Source: Candidatus Uhrbacteria bacterium (GTDB lineage: Bacteria > Patescibacteriota > Patescibacteriia > UBA9934). From it: DNA of 64,000 bases. The DNA lies in assembly GCA_030688135.1 (NCBI GenBank), contig JAUYIW010000067.1, positions 23,982 through 87,981 on the forward strand. The letters run 5' to 3'. Shown here piece by piece: positions 28,929-38,745 of this stretch. How positions within the stretch are numbered: the first letter of the stretch is position 1; every line of letters starts with the position of its first letter. A model generated the notes under the pieces. That model was not told the DNA's origin. It was given only the letters and a program-made list of their open reading frames with translations, and did not search any database. Made by a program: the position numbers and the translations under genes.

Positions 28929-29009
28929 AACGCAGGCACAGTATCACTAATTTGCTATATTGAAAAGAGTATATAGGTACCATAATTAGACCTTGGACAC
29001 TCTTCGAAT

Positions 29010-29227
29010 ACAAAAAAACGTCTCAAAAAGAGATGTTTTTTTTGGTTGCGGGGATCGAATTTTCACATCGCTCACCTTAGTTCGCTCTCCATAAGGGCTT
29101 CCGCCCCTCTGGCGGCCAGCTAAGCTGGCCTGTCACCCCCATTAAGTAAGTGGGACATTCCCCCTTACCATCCCCCTGGTTCAAATCCTTCAAAAACAAA
29201 AAAACGTCTCTAAAAGAGATGTTTTTT

Positions 29228-29242
<15 letters not shown>
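29010..29242. repeat. ~47-bp direct repeat (tRNA-fMet 3' end + terminator) at 29010-29057 and 29196-29242
   Basis: ACAAAAAAACGTCTC.AAAAGAGATGTTTTTTTGGTTGCGGGGATCG twice, ~186 bp apart. Confidence 0.85.
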
Positions 29243-29304
<62 letters not shown>

Positions 29305-29354
29305 GGACGATAATACTTAAAAGCGACTATATTGTCAAGTTTATGCCTGATATC

Positions 29355-29492
29355 GAGACTGTTCTAATACTCTTTTTTCCATCTCGAAGGAGTCTTCGAC
29401 TGAGAGATCTTTCGTGCTTCCTAAGGATTTCTCATCGGCCGGTTCAACGGGCCTTTCCGAAATAGTGAGATTTTAAGTATTAGAACTGTCTC
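29355..29492. mobile_element. 138-bp MITE-like element, copy A
   Basis: TIR GAGAC.GTTCTAATACT, flanked by GATATC on both sides; inverted copy at 30848-30986. Confidence 0.75.
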
Positions 29493-29544
29493 GATATCTA
29501 TTGACTAAAAATCATTTTTTTGGTATAGTTCCCCCACAATTTAA

Positions 29545-29631
29545 GTCGCGGTGGCGGAACTGGCAGACGCGCAGGACTCAAAATCCTGTGGTGGCAACAC
29601 CGTGAGGGTTCGATTCCCTCCCGCGGCACCA
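29545..29631 (+). tRNA. tRNA-Leu (CAA)
   Basis: 87 nt, long variable arm, CAGGA-CTCAAAA-TCCTG, GGTTCGATTCC, CCA. Confidence 0.93.
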
Positions 29632-29827
29632 TAATTACAAACCGAAGTTTCTAAATTAATGATTGAAGCCAGGGCTATGCAGTTTGAGACTAGTTTAAAT
29701 AATGAGCCAGAACGTTCTAAATTGGATGAAGTTTTGATGCGCTGCGAGCACCGCAAAAAGACGTACTAAATGTACGTCGTTGAGGAGCGGAGCAGTAAAT
29801 CAAAAATTCGCCGATTTAGGACGTTAT

Positions 29828-29904
29828 GGCTGGGTAGCTCAGTCGGTTAGAGCGAAGGACTCATAAGCCTTAGGTCGTGGGTTCGATTCCCACCCCAGCC
29901 ACCA
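29828..29904 (+). tRNA. tRNA with CAT anticodon (elongator Met or Ile2)
   Basis: GGCTGGG/CCCAGCC acceptor, TAGCTCAG, CTCATAA loop, GGTTCGATTCC, CCA. Confidence 0.9.
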
Positions 29905-30034
29905 AAATGACCACTTCGAAAGAAGCGGTCATTTTGTTACAAGCAAGCCAACTGCTTGGCTTGCGAAGTAATCAAGCACACAACCTAAAGGAGATGTGGA
30001 GGAAAGTATTTCCCTCACTTTTCCTAAAAAATAA

Positions 30035-30601
30035 CTATAAAACCAGCCGGCTACGACTCTTCCCACTCGCCTCCCATTCCGCCTTGAATCTTACCTTTTC
30101 TTCTATAGGGATTTTGTTGTTGTATAGATTTAGCACAGTAACTCCATCCGGAATATTCTCAATCTTTGGGATTTGGTTTTTGGATAGATTTAGCCTTGTG
30201 ACTCCTTCTATGCGTTTAAAGAATGGTGGTATCAACTCTATTCCTTCGCCATAAAGATCTAGCTCGGCATTAAGCGAAATAATCTCGCCGTATTCGGTGA
30301 ACTCAAAAAGCTCTTCTACCATTTCTTTGTTTAGGCCAATATCTTCAAAATATGCAGTAACCTCTACGCGCGTTAGTTTTTCTTTTATATTTTCCGCTTC
30401 TACAGCGCGTATTGCTTCCATTTCTTCCTCTGTAAACCGATGTTCCGGAATCGGCTCTTCCGCCTTTTTGGCAGTTTTACCGGACAAACGCCTCATTTCC
30501 GCTTCAGGTCCCAAAACACTACCAATAAAAGCAGCATCGTCAGGGTTTAGCTTCCTAGGTTCCTTAAATGGGTTTTCTAATGATTGTGGCATATACACCA
30601 T
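30035..30601 (-). CDS. small leucine-rich-repeat-like protein
   Basis: LDLYGEGI, LNLSKNQI, LNLYNNKI LRR-type repeats. Confidence 0.7.
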   Translation of the reverse strand: MVYMPQSLENPFKEPRKLNPDDAAFIGSVLGPEAEMRRLSGKTAKKAEEPIPEHRFTEEEMEAIRAVEAENIKEKLTRVEVTAYFEDIGLNKEMVEELFEFTEYGEIISLNAELDLYGEGIELIPPFFKRIEGVTRLNLSKNQIPKIENIPDGVTVLNLYNNKIPIEEKVRFKAEWEASGKSRSRLVL

Positions 30602-30847
30602 CTTACCTTATTTTAATACTATTTGTCATTACTACTTACATTGCAATCGTAAAGTAAAAATACTTTGTACTATGGCCTAAAAGCAATATGATCATATTAA
30701 ACAAGATAATTGCAATACTACGCAGAATAGTCTATTAAATGCTCCTTATTGGCGATATCACCTATGTGCGTATACCTAGGTTATATTTTAGATCCATTAA
30801 TAAACCACCCTTTAGCCTACCGCGAATTAGTGTGGTTTCCATTGCGC

Positions 30848-30986
30848 GAGACCGTTCTAATACTTAAAATCTCACCATTTCGAGGAGGTCTATTATATCG
30901 GCCGACGAGAAATCTTTAGAAGGCACGAAAGATCTCTCAGTCGAAGACTCTTTCGAGATGGGAAAAAGGAGTATTAGAACGGTCGG
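30848..30986. mobile_element. MITE-like element, copy B (inverted relative to 29355-29492)
   Basis: aligns end to end with the reverse complement of copy A. Confidence 0.7.
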
Positions 30987-31036
30987 ACTAGGGCGCCTTT
31001 GTTTTTCGATACTTTAGTGCTATACTATTATCAATT

Positions 31037-31498
31037 ATGACCATAACAACTCACACAGCAATCGGTGCGGCAATCGGATTCAGTGTTGGAAATCCTTACC
31101 TTGGATTTGGGCTTGGTCTTATCTCTCATCTACTGGTTGATATGATTCCGCATGGAGATAGTTTGATTGCGGAAGAATTTCGTATACATAAAAAAAGGAA
31201 AAGGGCATTCAGACTTGGTACAACAGACGCGCTATTCGCACTCCTTCTTGCACTATTCATATTCAATCTTCCGCACGTTACATCAACAATGACAGTTTCT
31301 CTAGCAATTGCAGGAAGTATTTTTCCCGACCTTATCGTTGGCCTGCATGACGCAACAAAAAGTAAGTATCTGAAAAGAGCGGTAAAAGTTCATTGGTTTT
31401 TTCATGACTTTTTTATCAAGCGCTATCACGACGTAAAGCTAACTAACAGCTTACTATTGCAGGCTGGGCTCGTGGCCATAATCATGAATATACTGTAA
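31037..31498 (+). CDS. membrane-bound metal-binding hydrolase-like protein
   Basis: TH..IG, SHLLVD.IPH.D, PD, H..FH motifs with TM helices. Confidence 0.7.
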   Translation: MTITTHTAIGAAIGFSVGNPYLGFGLGLISHLLVDMIPHGDSLIAEEFRIHKKRKRAFRLGTTDALFALLLALFIFNLPHVTSTMTVSLAIAGSIFPDLIVGLHDATKSKYLKRAVKVHWFFHDFFIKRYHDVKLTNSLLLQAGLVAIIMNIL

Positions 31499-31549
31499 AT
31501 AAAAATCGAGATAATGACCTAGTCAAATACTCGATATCGTTTTCAACGG

Positions 31550-32041
31550 TTAAAATAAAATATCTGCGCTCAGGCTTACTGAAGAAACAATAATACCGGC
31601 AACAATGATTCCAAGTAACTCACCTATTAGCGCATAACGAACCGGAACTTTCAGCGCTACCGCTGCAAGCGTTGCAGTCCAAAGACCGGTAAACGGTAAA
31701 GGCAGTGCTGTAAATAGAAAAAGTGCAAGTGCTCCATAACGGGCATATTTTTCTTTTACCCTACCCTCTGCTCTATCGATTGATGAATCAATTAGACGTG
31801 TTAGGGAAGGCAAATACTTTGCAGTAACCCTACGAAGAGAATTTAGTCCGTAATATAGTGGGAAAAATGGTAGAAAATTTCCAATGATTGCGAGCCCAAA
31901 AGCGTTCAATGGATTAATTGTCCAAATATACACGGCAACAGGAATAGCAAGCCTAAGTTCTCCAACAGGCGTAGCCGCAAGTAAGATAGTTGCAAGCCAT
32001 GTTGGGAACTGACCTAAAAAATTTATGATGGTGTCTAACAT
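31550..32041 (-). CDS. small multidrug export-family membrane protein
   Basis: P.GELRLAIP, LF.ALPLPFTG.WT motifs. Confidence 0.8.
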   Translation of the reverse strand: MLDTIINFLGQFPTWLATILLAATPVGELRLAIPVAVYIWTINPLNAFGLAIIGNFLPFFPLYYGLNSLRRVTAKYLPSLTRLIDSSIDRAEGRVKEKYARYGALALFLFTALPLPFTGLWTATLAAVALKVPVRYALIGELLGIIVAGIIVSSVSLSADILF

Positions 32042-32108
32042 AATGCCAAATTTCAAAATCCAAATATCAAATATTTTTGATTTGACATTTGAGCTTTGAC
32101 ATTAGTCA

Positions 32109-33089
32109 TTACTCCCCCGGCCACTTGTATACTTTAAACGCCCAACTAGCAAGACCCTTGGCTTCTTGAACTCGAGTGTCCTTTGATTCTGAGCCCATAA
32201 CAATCACATAAATTTTGTCACTGCCTTTTTCTATACTACTCACGAGAACATAGCCTGCTTGTGGCAAATATCCAGTTTTGCCACCCGCTATATCAAACTC
32301 TCCGGTGTTTAGAAAACTTTCTAGTAACAAGTTGGTATTTTCAATTGTAACCGAGCGTCCGCTTAAGTGCTGAACAGTTATAACCGACGTTGTCATAAAC
32401 TTTTGGATTGTCGCCACATCTTCGGCCGCACGAAGCAGCTTTACTAAATCCCAAGCTGTAGACATGTTTGTTGAATCGATTCCGGTCGGATCGGTAAAGG
32501 TCGAATTCTTCATACCCAATTCTTCTGCCTTTGAATTCATCCTTGCAATAAATTCCTCGCGCGTTAACCCTGAAAATCGCATAAGCGCCTCGGTTGCCGT
32601 ATTGTCAGAACCAACAAGGCTTGCAGCAAGAACATCTTCTAATTCTATGCCATCGTAAAATGCAAGATAAACTCTTCCTCCTTCTATCAAATCAAGCGTT
32701 GGATCTAGGGTTACTATCTGGTTCATATCCGGATCAGCTTCTAAAAATACTAAAGCGCTCATCAACTTTGTAACGCTACCGATTGAGCGTACCTGATACG
32801 GATGCTTACCTAGCAATATCATTCCGCTCTCAGCATCGACTACCAACGCGCTCTGTGCCGTTGTTACAATTCCGTATGAATCTGAATCAACCTTTATAGG
32901 ATAATCTTCAGGATGTCTATCCCCTGCTACGGGCAAGCTTACACCATACGCAGAGAGAGTCTCCGTTTCAAAAAAATCTATTGGCTCACCCGCAACCCCT
33001 GCCTGCCATTCAAAATAAGAAGCATCCGCTGGAATAAGCTGAGTAAATACTGTGGCTATAACTAATTGTCCAACAAGTTTTAGAATCAT
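32109..33089 (-). CDS. D-Ala-D-Ala carboxy/endopeptidase (peptidase S11)
   Basis: SVTK, SDN, KTG catalytic motifs. Confidence 0.9.
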   Translation of the reverse strand: MILKLVGQLVIATVFTQLIPADASYFEWQAGVAGEPIDFFETETLSAYGVSLPVAGDRHPEDYPIKVDSDSYGIVTTAQSALVVDAESGMILLGKHPYQVRSIGSVTKLMSALVFLEADPDMNQIVTLDPTLDLIEGGRVYLAFYDGIELEDVLAASLVGSDNTATEALMRFSGLTREEFIARMNSKAEELGMKNSTFTDPTGIDSTNMSTAWDLVKLLRAAEDVATIQKFMTTSVITVQHLSGRSVTIENTNLLLESFLNTGEFDIAGGKTGYLPQAGYVLVSSIEKGSDKIYVIVMGSESKDTRVQEAKGLASWAFKVYKWPGE

Positions 33090-33116
33090 AATGACAAAGG
33101 GTAAGATGTAACAGAA

Positions 33117-33674
33117 TTACTCTTCCGGTGAATCAAAAACTGTACTTAACATTTCTGTGATCTTTTCATTGCCATTGAACTGCTCGTAATCTGGCAAATC
33201 AACAGCAGAAGAAATCCCAAGATGGCGCATCATCTCCGTTGAGAGTGAGTAGGTCATTTGCAAGCGATCGACATCTTCCTTTTCAACAACTAGTCCTCGC
33301 ATAAGAAGATTGCGCAAAATAATACTGCAATTAACTCCACGAACATGTTCAATTTCTGGCCTAGTAATTGGGCCCCTGTAAGCAATAATTGTTAATGTCT
33401 CAAGCTGAGGTCGCGTAAGCTCTCCTTCCATCTCTTCCTTACTCATCTTTGAAGTTACATCTGTGAAATCAGGATTCGAAGCTAACTCCACAGCAGCCTC
33501 GCCAACTACAACTCTAATCCCTGAATCTAATGAATTCCGAACCTCGGCAAGTTGATTGACATGGCCGTGAACATCTTCCTCTTTTATACCTAATAGCTTA
33601 GCAAGCTTTGAATAAGAAACCGGCCTAGTTGATAGGAATAATACTGCTTCAATTTTTGCTGCGAGCTCGTTCAT
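33117..33674 (-). CDS. scpB: SMC-Scp complex subunit ScpB
   Basis: IEAVLF, LETLTIIAYRGPITRPEIEHVRGVN. Confidence 0.93.
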   Translation of the reverse strand: MNELAAKIEAVLFLSTRPVSYSKLAKLLGIKEEDVHGHVNQLAEVRNSLDSGIRVVVGEAAVELASNPDFTDVTSKMSKEEMEGELTRPQLETLTIIAYRGPITRPEIEHVRGVNCSIILRNLLMRGLVVEKEDVDRLQMTYSLSTEMMRHLGISSAVDLPDYEQFNGNEKITEMLSTVFDSPEE

Positions 33675-33715
33675 AAGTGAATACTGGAGTAAATAGGTAG
33701 TAGACGATGATAAAA

Positions 33716-34411
33716 CTATATGCGTTGGATTGTAATCTCACCACCTTTTTGCTTAGCTGTCACAATTTGCCTGCGCATAAGTTCGAGTAGTGCCAAGAAG
33801 CTTACCACAACTTCCGCTTTGTTAGAAGCGCCAACTATGATGTCTTGGAACTTCATACTTGCCCTTGATTGAATCGCTTTTGTAAGCTCGCTCAACCGTT
33901 CCTCAACAGATTTTATTCGTATGATTGATGCTTTCTGAAGCGCAAAGAATGGCTCTAACTTCTTCATTAGCGATTCAAAAGCCGAATGCAAATTGCTAAT
34001 TGTAACATTTTCAGGCGCATTAAAAGTTGGCTCATTTGACCTTACACGAATAAACGGCCTAGCAAATGAGTGACGCTCTCCGGTATATAACTCCTCTAAC
34101 TTTTCAGCAGAACGAACAAACATTCTGTAAAGCCTTAGCTGATCTTCAAGGCTTGCCACTTCGGTATCCTCTTCTTCGATTCTAAGGTATGGCATTAATT
34201 GGCGACTTTTTAGATAGATGAGACGCGATGCAACTACCAAAAAATCAGCAAGCTCGTTAGTGTTAACTTCATTTTCATCGAGATATTTCAAATATTCGTC
34301 TGCAATACCGGCAAGCGCGACGTCTTTAATCTCAAGCTTTTGTGAGTCCAGTAATTCCAAAAGCAACCCTAATGGGCCTGAATAAGCGGTTTGTTCTACT
34401 TTAAATTCCAT
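33716..34411 (-). CDS. scpA: segregation/condensation protein ScpA
   Basis: YSGPLGLLL.L, FLVVAS.LI.LKS..L.P, VVVSFLALLEL. Confidence 0.93.
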   Translation of the reverse strand: MEFKVEQTAYSGPLGLLLELLDSQKLEIKDVALAGIADEYLKYLDENEVNTNELADFLVVASRLIYLKSRQLMPYLRIEEEDTEVASLEDQLRLYRMFVRSAEKLEELYTGERHSFARPFIRVRSNEPTFNAPENVTISNLHSAFESLMKKLEPFFALQKASIIRIKSVEERLSELTKAIQSRASMKFQDIIVGASNKAEVVVSFLALLELMRRQIVTAKQKGGEITIQRI

Positions 34412-34565
34412 AAAGCTATTTTAGCATATTTTGGTGTTTTTGTGAGGTGTAAAAATCTAGAAAGTGATAGAATTACAAAACGGTAAAATTTGATACAAGA
34501 TTGAAAAGTCGCCCCAATTTACGCTACTCTCATGCCACAATAACTAACGTTCCTTGGGGACTTCA

Positions 34566-34736
34566 ATGAACTTTGAAAAAATTTTGTTTAGAATTGCTAT
34601 AGCTCTTTGCGCCGGATTCGTGTTTGGAGTTTTGCCATTTATGATAGCGGATAGCAACTGGCATGTTAGGGATCCGCTCGGACCATTCGAGATGCCAGAT
34701 CCGCTCCCAGAAGTATGCATGCCAGAAACAGTTTAA
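34566..34736 (+). CDS. small membrane protein (hypothetical)
   Basis: 56-aa ORF with TM helix, divergent from scpA. Confidence 0.45.
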   Translation: MNFEKILFRIAIALCAGFVFGVLPFMIADSNWHVRDPLGPFEMPDPLPEVCMPETV

Positions 34737-34818
34737 CCAATCGTTACGGCGGGTTCGTTTATCCTGGACTGTAGTACCTACAAAAACTCAATCTGGGCAA
34801 ACGGTGAAGTCTGGATTA

Positions 34819-34948
34819 CCTTGAATTACGAAACTCGCGATCTTTGCGTGAACGGGCTGTCGATCCCCGTGAACCCTACTAAAACGTAGGGAGAATGGGG
34901 GCGACGGGCGCCCGTGAACGCAAAGATCGCGAGTTTCGTAATTCAAAA
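34819..34948. mobile_element. 130-bp MITE, copy 2
   Basis: same TIRs; flanking GGATTA direct repeat. Confidence 0.85.
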
Positions 34949-35070
34949 GGATTAAGACCTTTGGCAATAGGCCATACAACCCACTCAGCCACTACACTAT
35001 GTCCTTCCCCTATCCGAATCTCGTCGCATACCAGACGCTCCCCCGCGTCGGTTTTTTTCTTTCTATTCTA

Positions 35071-35405
35071 AGTACCCTTCGCACGAAAGGTCCTAAGATT
35101 AGGAGATTTAAAAATCAAATAATCGACAATAACATAGTGCTTACCGGATTCTGAGTACCCCGAACGCTATACACTACGCCAAAGCCGTTTTGCCAACGAT
35201 CAATAATCCCGGCATCATACAAAATACGTAAATGCTTTGAAGTTGAACGATATGACAAGCCAATTTCTCTAGCAATGTCATCCACAAAAATACATGGATT
35301 CATTTTTAAAATCCGCAATAACGAAAGTCTTCTCTGGCTTGCAAAGGCTTTTAAAATTTTCTCAAGTTGTTCCATATCTTTAGTACCCTTCGCACGAAGG
35401 GACCG
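35071..35405. repeat. palindrome AGTACCCTTCGCACGAA.GG.CC at 35071-35094 and 35382-35405 (third copy 56085-56108)
   Basis: direct copies flanking the ArsR gene. Confidence 0.8.
35115..35375 (-). CDS. ArsR/SmtB-family winged-HTH regulator
   Basis: LKAFAS.RRL.LL, V.DIA..IGLSY.STSKHL.IL..AGII. Confidence 0.85.
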   Translation of the reverse strand: MEQLEKILKAFASQRRLSLLRILKMNPCIFVDDIAREIGLSYRSTSKHLRILYDAGIIDRWQNGFGVVYSVRGTQNPVSTMLLSII

Positions 35406-35633
35406 ATAGAAATTTACAAAAATAAAACCCCATAAAAAACTTGGGGAGTCTTTTCACGTCCATTTAATTTTCGTTTACATTGAATACTTGATCAGAAACA
35501 ATAATCTAATCTACTTCTATGTTTACACAAAATATAACTCATGTCAAAGCCCTCTGGGGACAACTGTCAAAAAAGGTCGGCACATTGCCGACCTTTTATC
35601 AGGCAGGCGACCATAAAGGTCGCCCCTACACTG

Positions 35634-37031
35634 TTACTTATCAATTTTAATATGAACTTCTTTAAGGGTCTTCTCTGGCAACGCACTCGGCGCATCCATC
35701 ATTAAATCCCGAGCGCTTCCGTCTTTAGGGTATGCAATAACTTCACGAATATTTGGCTCCCCTGCCATTATCATTACAATCCTATCGATACCAGGAGCAA
35801 ATCCTCCATGTGGAGGCGCACCGTATTCAAACGCCTCAAGAATATGACCAAATTTTGCCTGTTGCTCAGCTTCACCAATCTCTAAAAGATCAAAAATTCT
35901 TTTCTGCATGTCCCGCTCATGAATTCTAATCGATCCTGAGCTCAACTCAAATCCATTTAAAACTAGGTCGTAAGCATTAGCGCGAATAGAAAATAAATCT
36001 TCACCATTCATGAGTTTTTCTTTGTCTTCCTCTTTTACAGAACAAAATGGATGATGCACTGCGTCTATTTTACCCTCTTCATTTTTCTCAAACATTGGAA
36101 AATCCAGAATCCAGCAAAATGCTAACTCATTTGGATCGTCCTTGTTTTCTCGCAAGTCAGGCTTATCTGTCCCATACTTCTCCATCGCCTCAGCGTGCGT
36201 AAGACGAGTGAATGGATTTGAAGTAAGTGTCTTATCTGGAAATAACTTTTTAACCAGCTCTAGAAACATCTCTTCTGTGTACTCTAAAATATCTTCCTGT
36301 GTAACAAAAGACATTTCATAATCAAGCTGAGTAAATTCAGGCTGTCTATCTCCACGCTGATCTTCATCGCGGAAACATCTTGCAATTTGGAAATATCTTT
36401 CAAATCCAGCCACCATAGAAAGTTGCTTGAACTGCTGAGGCGACTGTGGTAATACGTAAAATTTACCCTCATGAAGCCTGGATGGAACAATGTACTCGCG
36501 CGAACCCTCGGGAGTTCCCTTCATAAGTATTGGAGTCTCAATCTCAACAAATCCATTTGCATGCATGTACTCGCGAAAGAAAGTAATAATCTTGTCTCGC
36601 ATTCTTATATTTCTTTGCATTCGCTCAGTTCGAAGGTCAAGATACCTGTATTTTAGTCTCAACTCCTCGTTTATAGTCATTGTGTCTTTATCGACTTCAA
36701 ATGGTGGAGTCTTAGCCTCGTTTAAAACCTTAATAGACTTTGCCAAAAGCTCAACTGTGCCAGTAGCAAGGTTTGAATTTATTTGCTTTTCTCCACGAGC
36801 CTGAACTATACCTTCAATTTCCACCACCCACTCCGGCCGAAGGGTTTGCGCAATCGACGTTGCTTCTTCCCCAAGATCTGCCGGAACGCCAACAATTTGC
36901 AACAAGCTATCCTTGTCACGAAGGTCAAAAAACATGATCTTTCCCATATCACGTCGCGCATGAATCCATCCGGCTACTTTTACTGTTTCGCCAACTTTGC
37001 TTACAGTTTCTGAAGTAAATATACGTTTCAT
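35634..37031 (-). CDS. aspS: aspartate--tRNA ligase (short form lacking GAD insertion)
   Basis: RLKYRYLDLR, LPQSPQQFKQ, RCFRDED.R.DRQPEFTQLD, GAPPHGG. Confidence 0.96.
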   Translation of the reverse strand: MKRIFTSETVSKVGETVKVAGWIHARRDMGKIMFFDLRDKDSLLQIVGVPADLGEEATSIAQTLRPEWVVEIEGIVQARGEKQINSNLATGTVELLAKSIKVLNEAKTPPFEVDKDTMTINEELRLKYRYLDLRTERMQRNIRMRDKIITFFREYMHANGFVEIETPILMKGTPEGSREYIVPSRLHEGKFYVLPQSPQQFKQLSMVAGFERYFQIARCFRDEDQRGDRQPEFTQLDYEMSFVTQEDILEYTEEMFLELVKKLFPDKTLTSNPFTRLTHAEAMEKYGTDKPDLRENKDDPNELAFCWILDFPMFEKNEEGKIDAVHHPFCSVKEEDKEKLMNGEDLFSIRANAYDLVLNGFELSSGSIRIHERDMQKRIFDLLEIGEAEQQAKFGHILEAFEYGAPPHGGFAPGIDRIVMIMAGEPNIREVIAYPKDGSARDLMMDAPSALPEKTLKEVHIKIDK

Positions 37032-37106
37032 ATTGATTTTATATTGGAACCGGGCCTCTCGGTTCGTTTGATCATGAATACAGTTTACATTGGGTTGGGT
37101 TTGATA

Positions 37107-37928
37107 TCAAGCGGATTGTTCTGTATTCGCCTGTTCTAATTGCCTCTCCTTATCTTCCAACACTCCGGCCCAAAATGGTACATCTGAATCAACTGGGAGA
37201 TGGAAAACCATTAAATCGTGCACTATGCGAGCATATGCGTCTAAATCATCTGCCAATAACGATGGTTTTAGAAGATCGGGATACCCTGCACCGCGCGCAA
37301 AGCGCAATAACTTTACAACCTCTTCTCGAATTGGCCTGGCAGAAAACCATTCCTCCGGCTTTTCGCTCAAACAATCACTACAAACCAAACCACCCTTATC
37401 GGCATGCCAACGAAAGGAAAGAGGCATTACTTTCTGTTTACATTGAATACAATCATTCAACTGAACGTCATAACCCAAGTGACGCATAATCCGCAATGCA
37501 AAACTACCAAGAATGAAAGTAGCACGAACCGGAGTAACGCTAAACTGAGAATCTACAAACTCTAACCAATCAAGAAGTTCGGCATATAAACATGGGTCAT
37601 AATCATGTTCGCGCGTGTGTTTATTAAGAAGCGACAAAGATGTCTGGATTAGCAATCGCTTATCAAGCGATTCTCTAATATTTGCAAAACCTTTTATACG
37701 CTCAACAGAAATAACAGTGGTAGAGCGTTTACCGCGTACGATTTCAATGTCAACGATTGCAAAAGGCTCTAAGTGTGCGGCGAGCTTAGCCTTACCCTTA
37801 CGCGCTCCACGACCAAGAAAACTCACCTTACCGTTGTCGGGGGTGAGTGCTGTGTACATACGGTCAGCTTCTCGAAATGGTTCAGAAGTCAAAACAATCG
37901 CTTCAGTTTTTAGTGTGGACCAGGACAT
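37107..37928 (-). CDS. recO: DNA repair protein RecO
   Basis: EAIVL..F.EADR....LT...GK....G.R, CxxC...GGLVCxxC. Confidence 0.9.
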   Translation of the reverse strand: MSWSTLKTEAIVLTSEPFREADRMYTALTPDNGKVSFLGRGARKGKAKLAAHLEPFAIVDIEIVRGKRSTTVISVERIKGFANIRESLDKRLLIQTSLSLLNKHTREHDYDPCLYAELLDWLEFVDSQFSVTPVRATFILGSFALRIMRHLGYDVQLNDCIQCKQKVMPLSFRWHADKGGLVCSDCLSEKPEEWFSARPIREEVVKLLRFARGAGYPDLLKPSLLADDLDAYARIVHDLMVFHLPVDSDVPFWAGVLEDKERQLEQANTEQSA

Positions 37929-38073
37929 TGGAGGGATTATTCATTACCTTACAGCCCAGTTTATTATCGATCTGCAGGGTTTATTAAAAATACGACCATT
38001 TATTATTGTACTGCCCTTATATTAATAAACATTCGTCTCCTGCGATAACCCTAGATTCTCATTAATAAACTTA

Positions 38074-38204
38074 TCTTGAATTACGAAACTCGATGAGATT
38101 TGCGTGAACGGGCTGTCGATCCCCGTGAACCCTACTAAAACGTAGGGAGAACGAGGGCGACGGGTGCCCGTGAACGCAAAGATCGCGAGTTTCGTAATTC
38201 AAGG
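38074..38204. mobile_element. 131-bp MITE, copy 3
   Basis: same TIRs; 7-bp TSD AAACTTA. Confidence 0.85.
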
Positions 38205-38230
38205 AAACTTAAGCTTCTTGTAAATAAACT

Positions 38231-38626
38231 CTACTGTGTAGCACGCTTCTCATCAAGAAATCCCTGCAATATCAACATTGCCGCCAGGGCGTCTTCTTCC
38301 ACATCACTTCCCTCCTCTTCCTGTATACGCTGACTTTCTGCAGATGTATAACTTTCATCCACGGAATGCACTACAAGTCCTGCTTCGCGTAAGGCATCTA
38401 TAAAACTCTGTGTAATTTCCAACTGTTCTCCGGAGTAATCGCCGGTAGGAAGCGGAACACCAACAACTAATTCATCCACGCCTTCAAGCTCCATAAACTG
38501 TTTGATGTCTTCAATTGTGTGGGGCGTATTTGCAATAACATCAACAGGTGACGCAATGCCAGTTTCGCTGTCGCCAAGTGCAAGGCCAATTTTTGATAGA
38601 CCGTAGTCTATTCCAAGGTATTTCAT
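38231..38626 (-). CDS. yqgF: YqgF/RuvX pre-16S rRNA nuclease
   Basis: LGIDYG..KIGLA, VVGVP, VDE..TS, D..AA..ILQ. Confidence 0.92.
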   Translation of the reverse strand: MKYLGIDYGLSKIGLALGDSETGIASPVDVIANTPHTIEDIKQFMELEGVDELVVGVPLPTGDYSGEQLEITQSFIDALREAGLVVHSVDESYTSAESQRIQEEEGSDVEEDALAAMLILQGFLDEKRATQ

Positions 38627-38745
38627 AAAACTAAAAGTGAAAAAGGTGAAAAAAGTTATGTAGTAAGCTGAAGAGGTTAGTTAGGATGCGGAAAGGTTAT
38701 TTCGACAAACGCAGGGGTTATACGACAAGCGTAGGAACTGACTGG

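Noticed and set aside
29541-30254. ORFs overlapping tRNA genes (29541-29756, 29877-30254; also 29268-29465)
   Set aside because: Spurious frames across tRNAs and repeats
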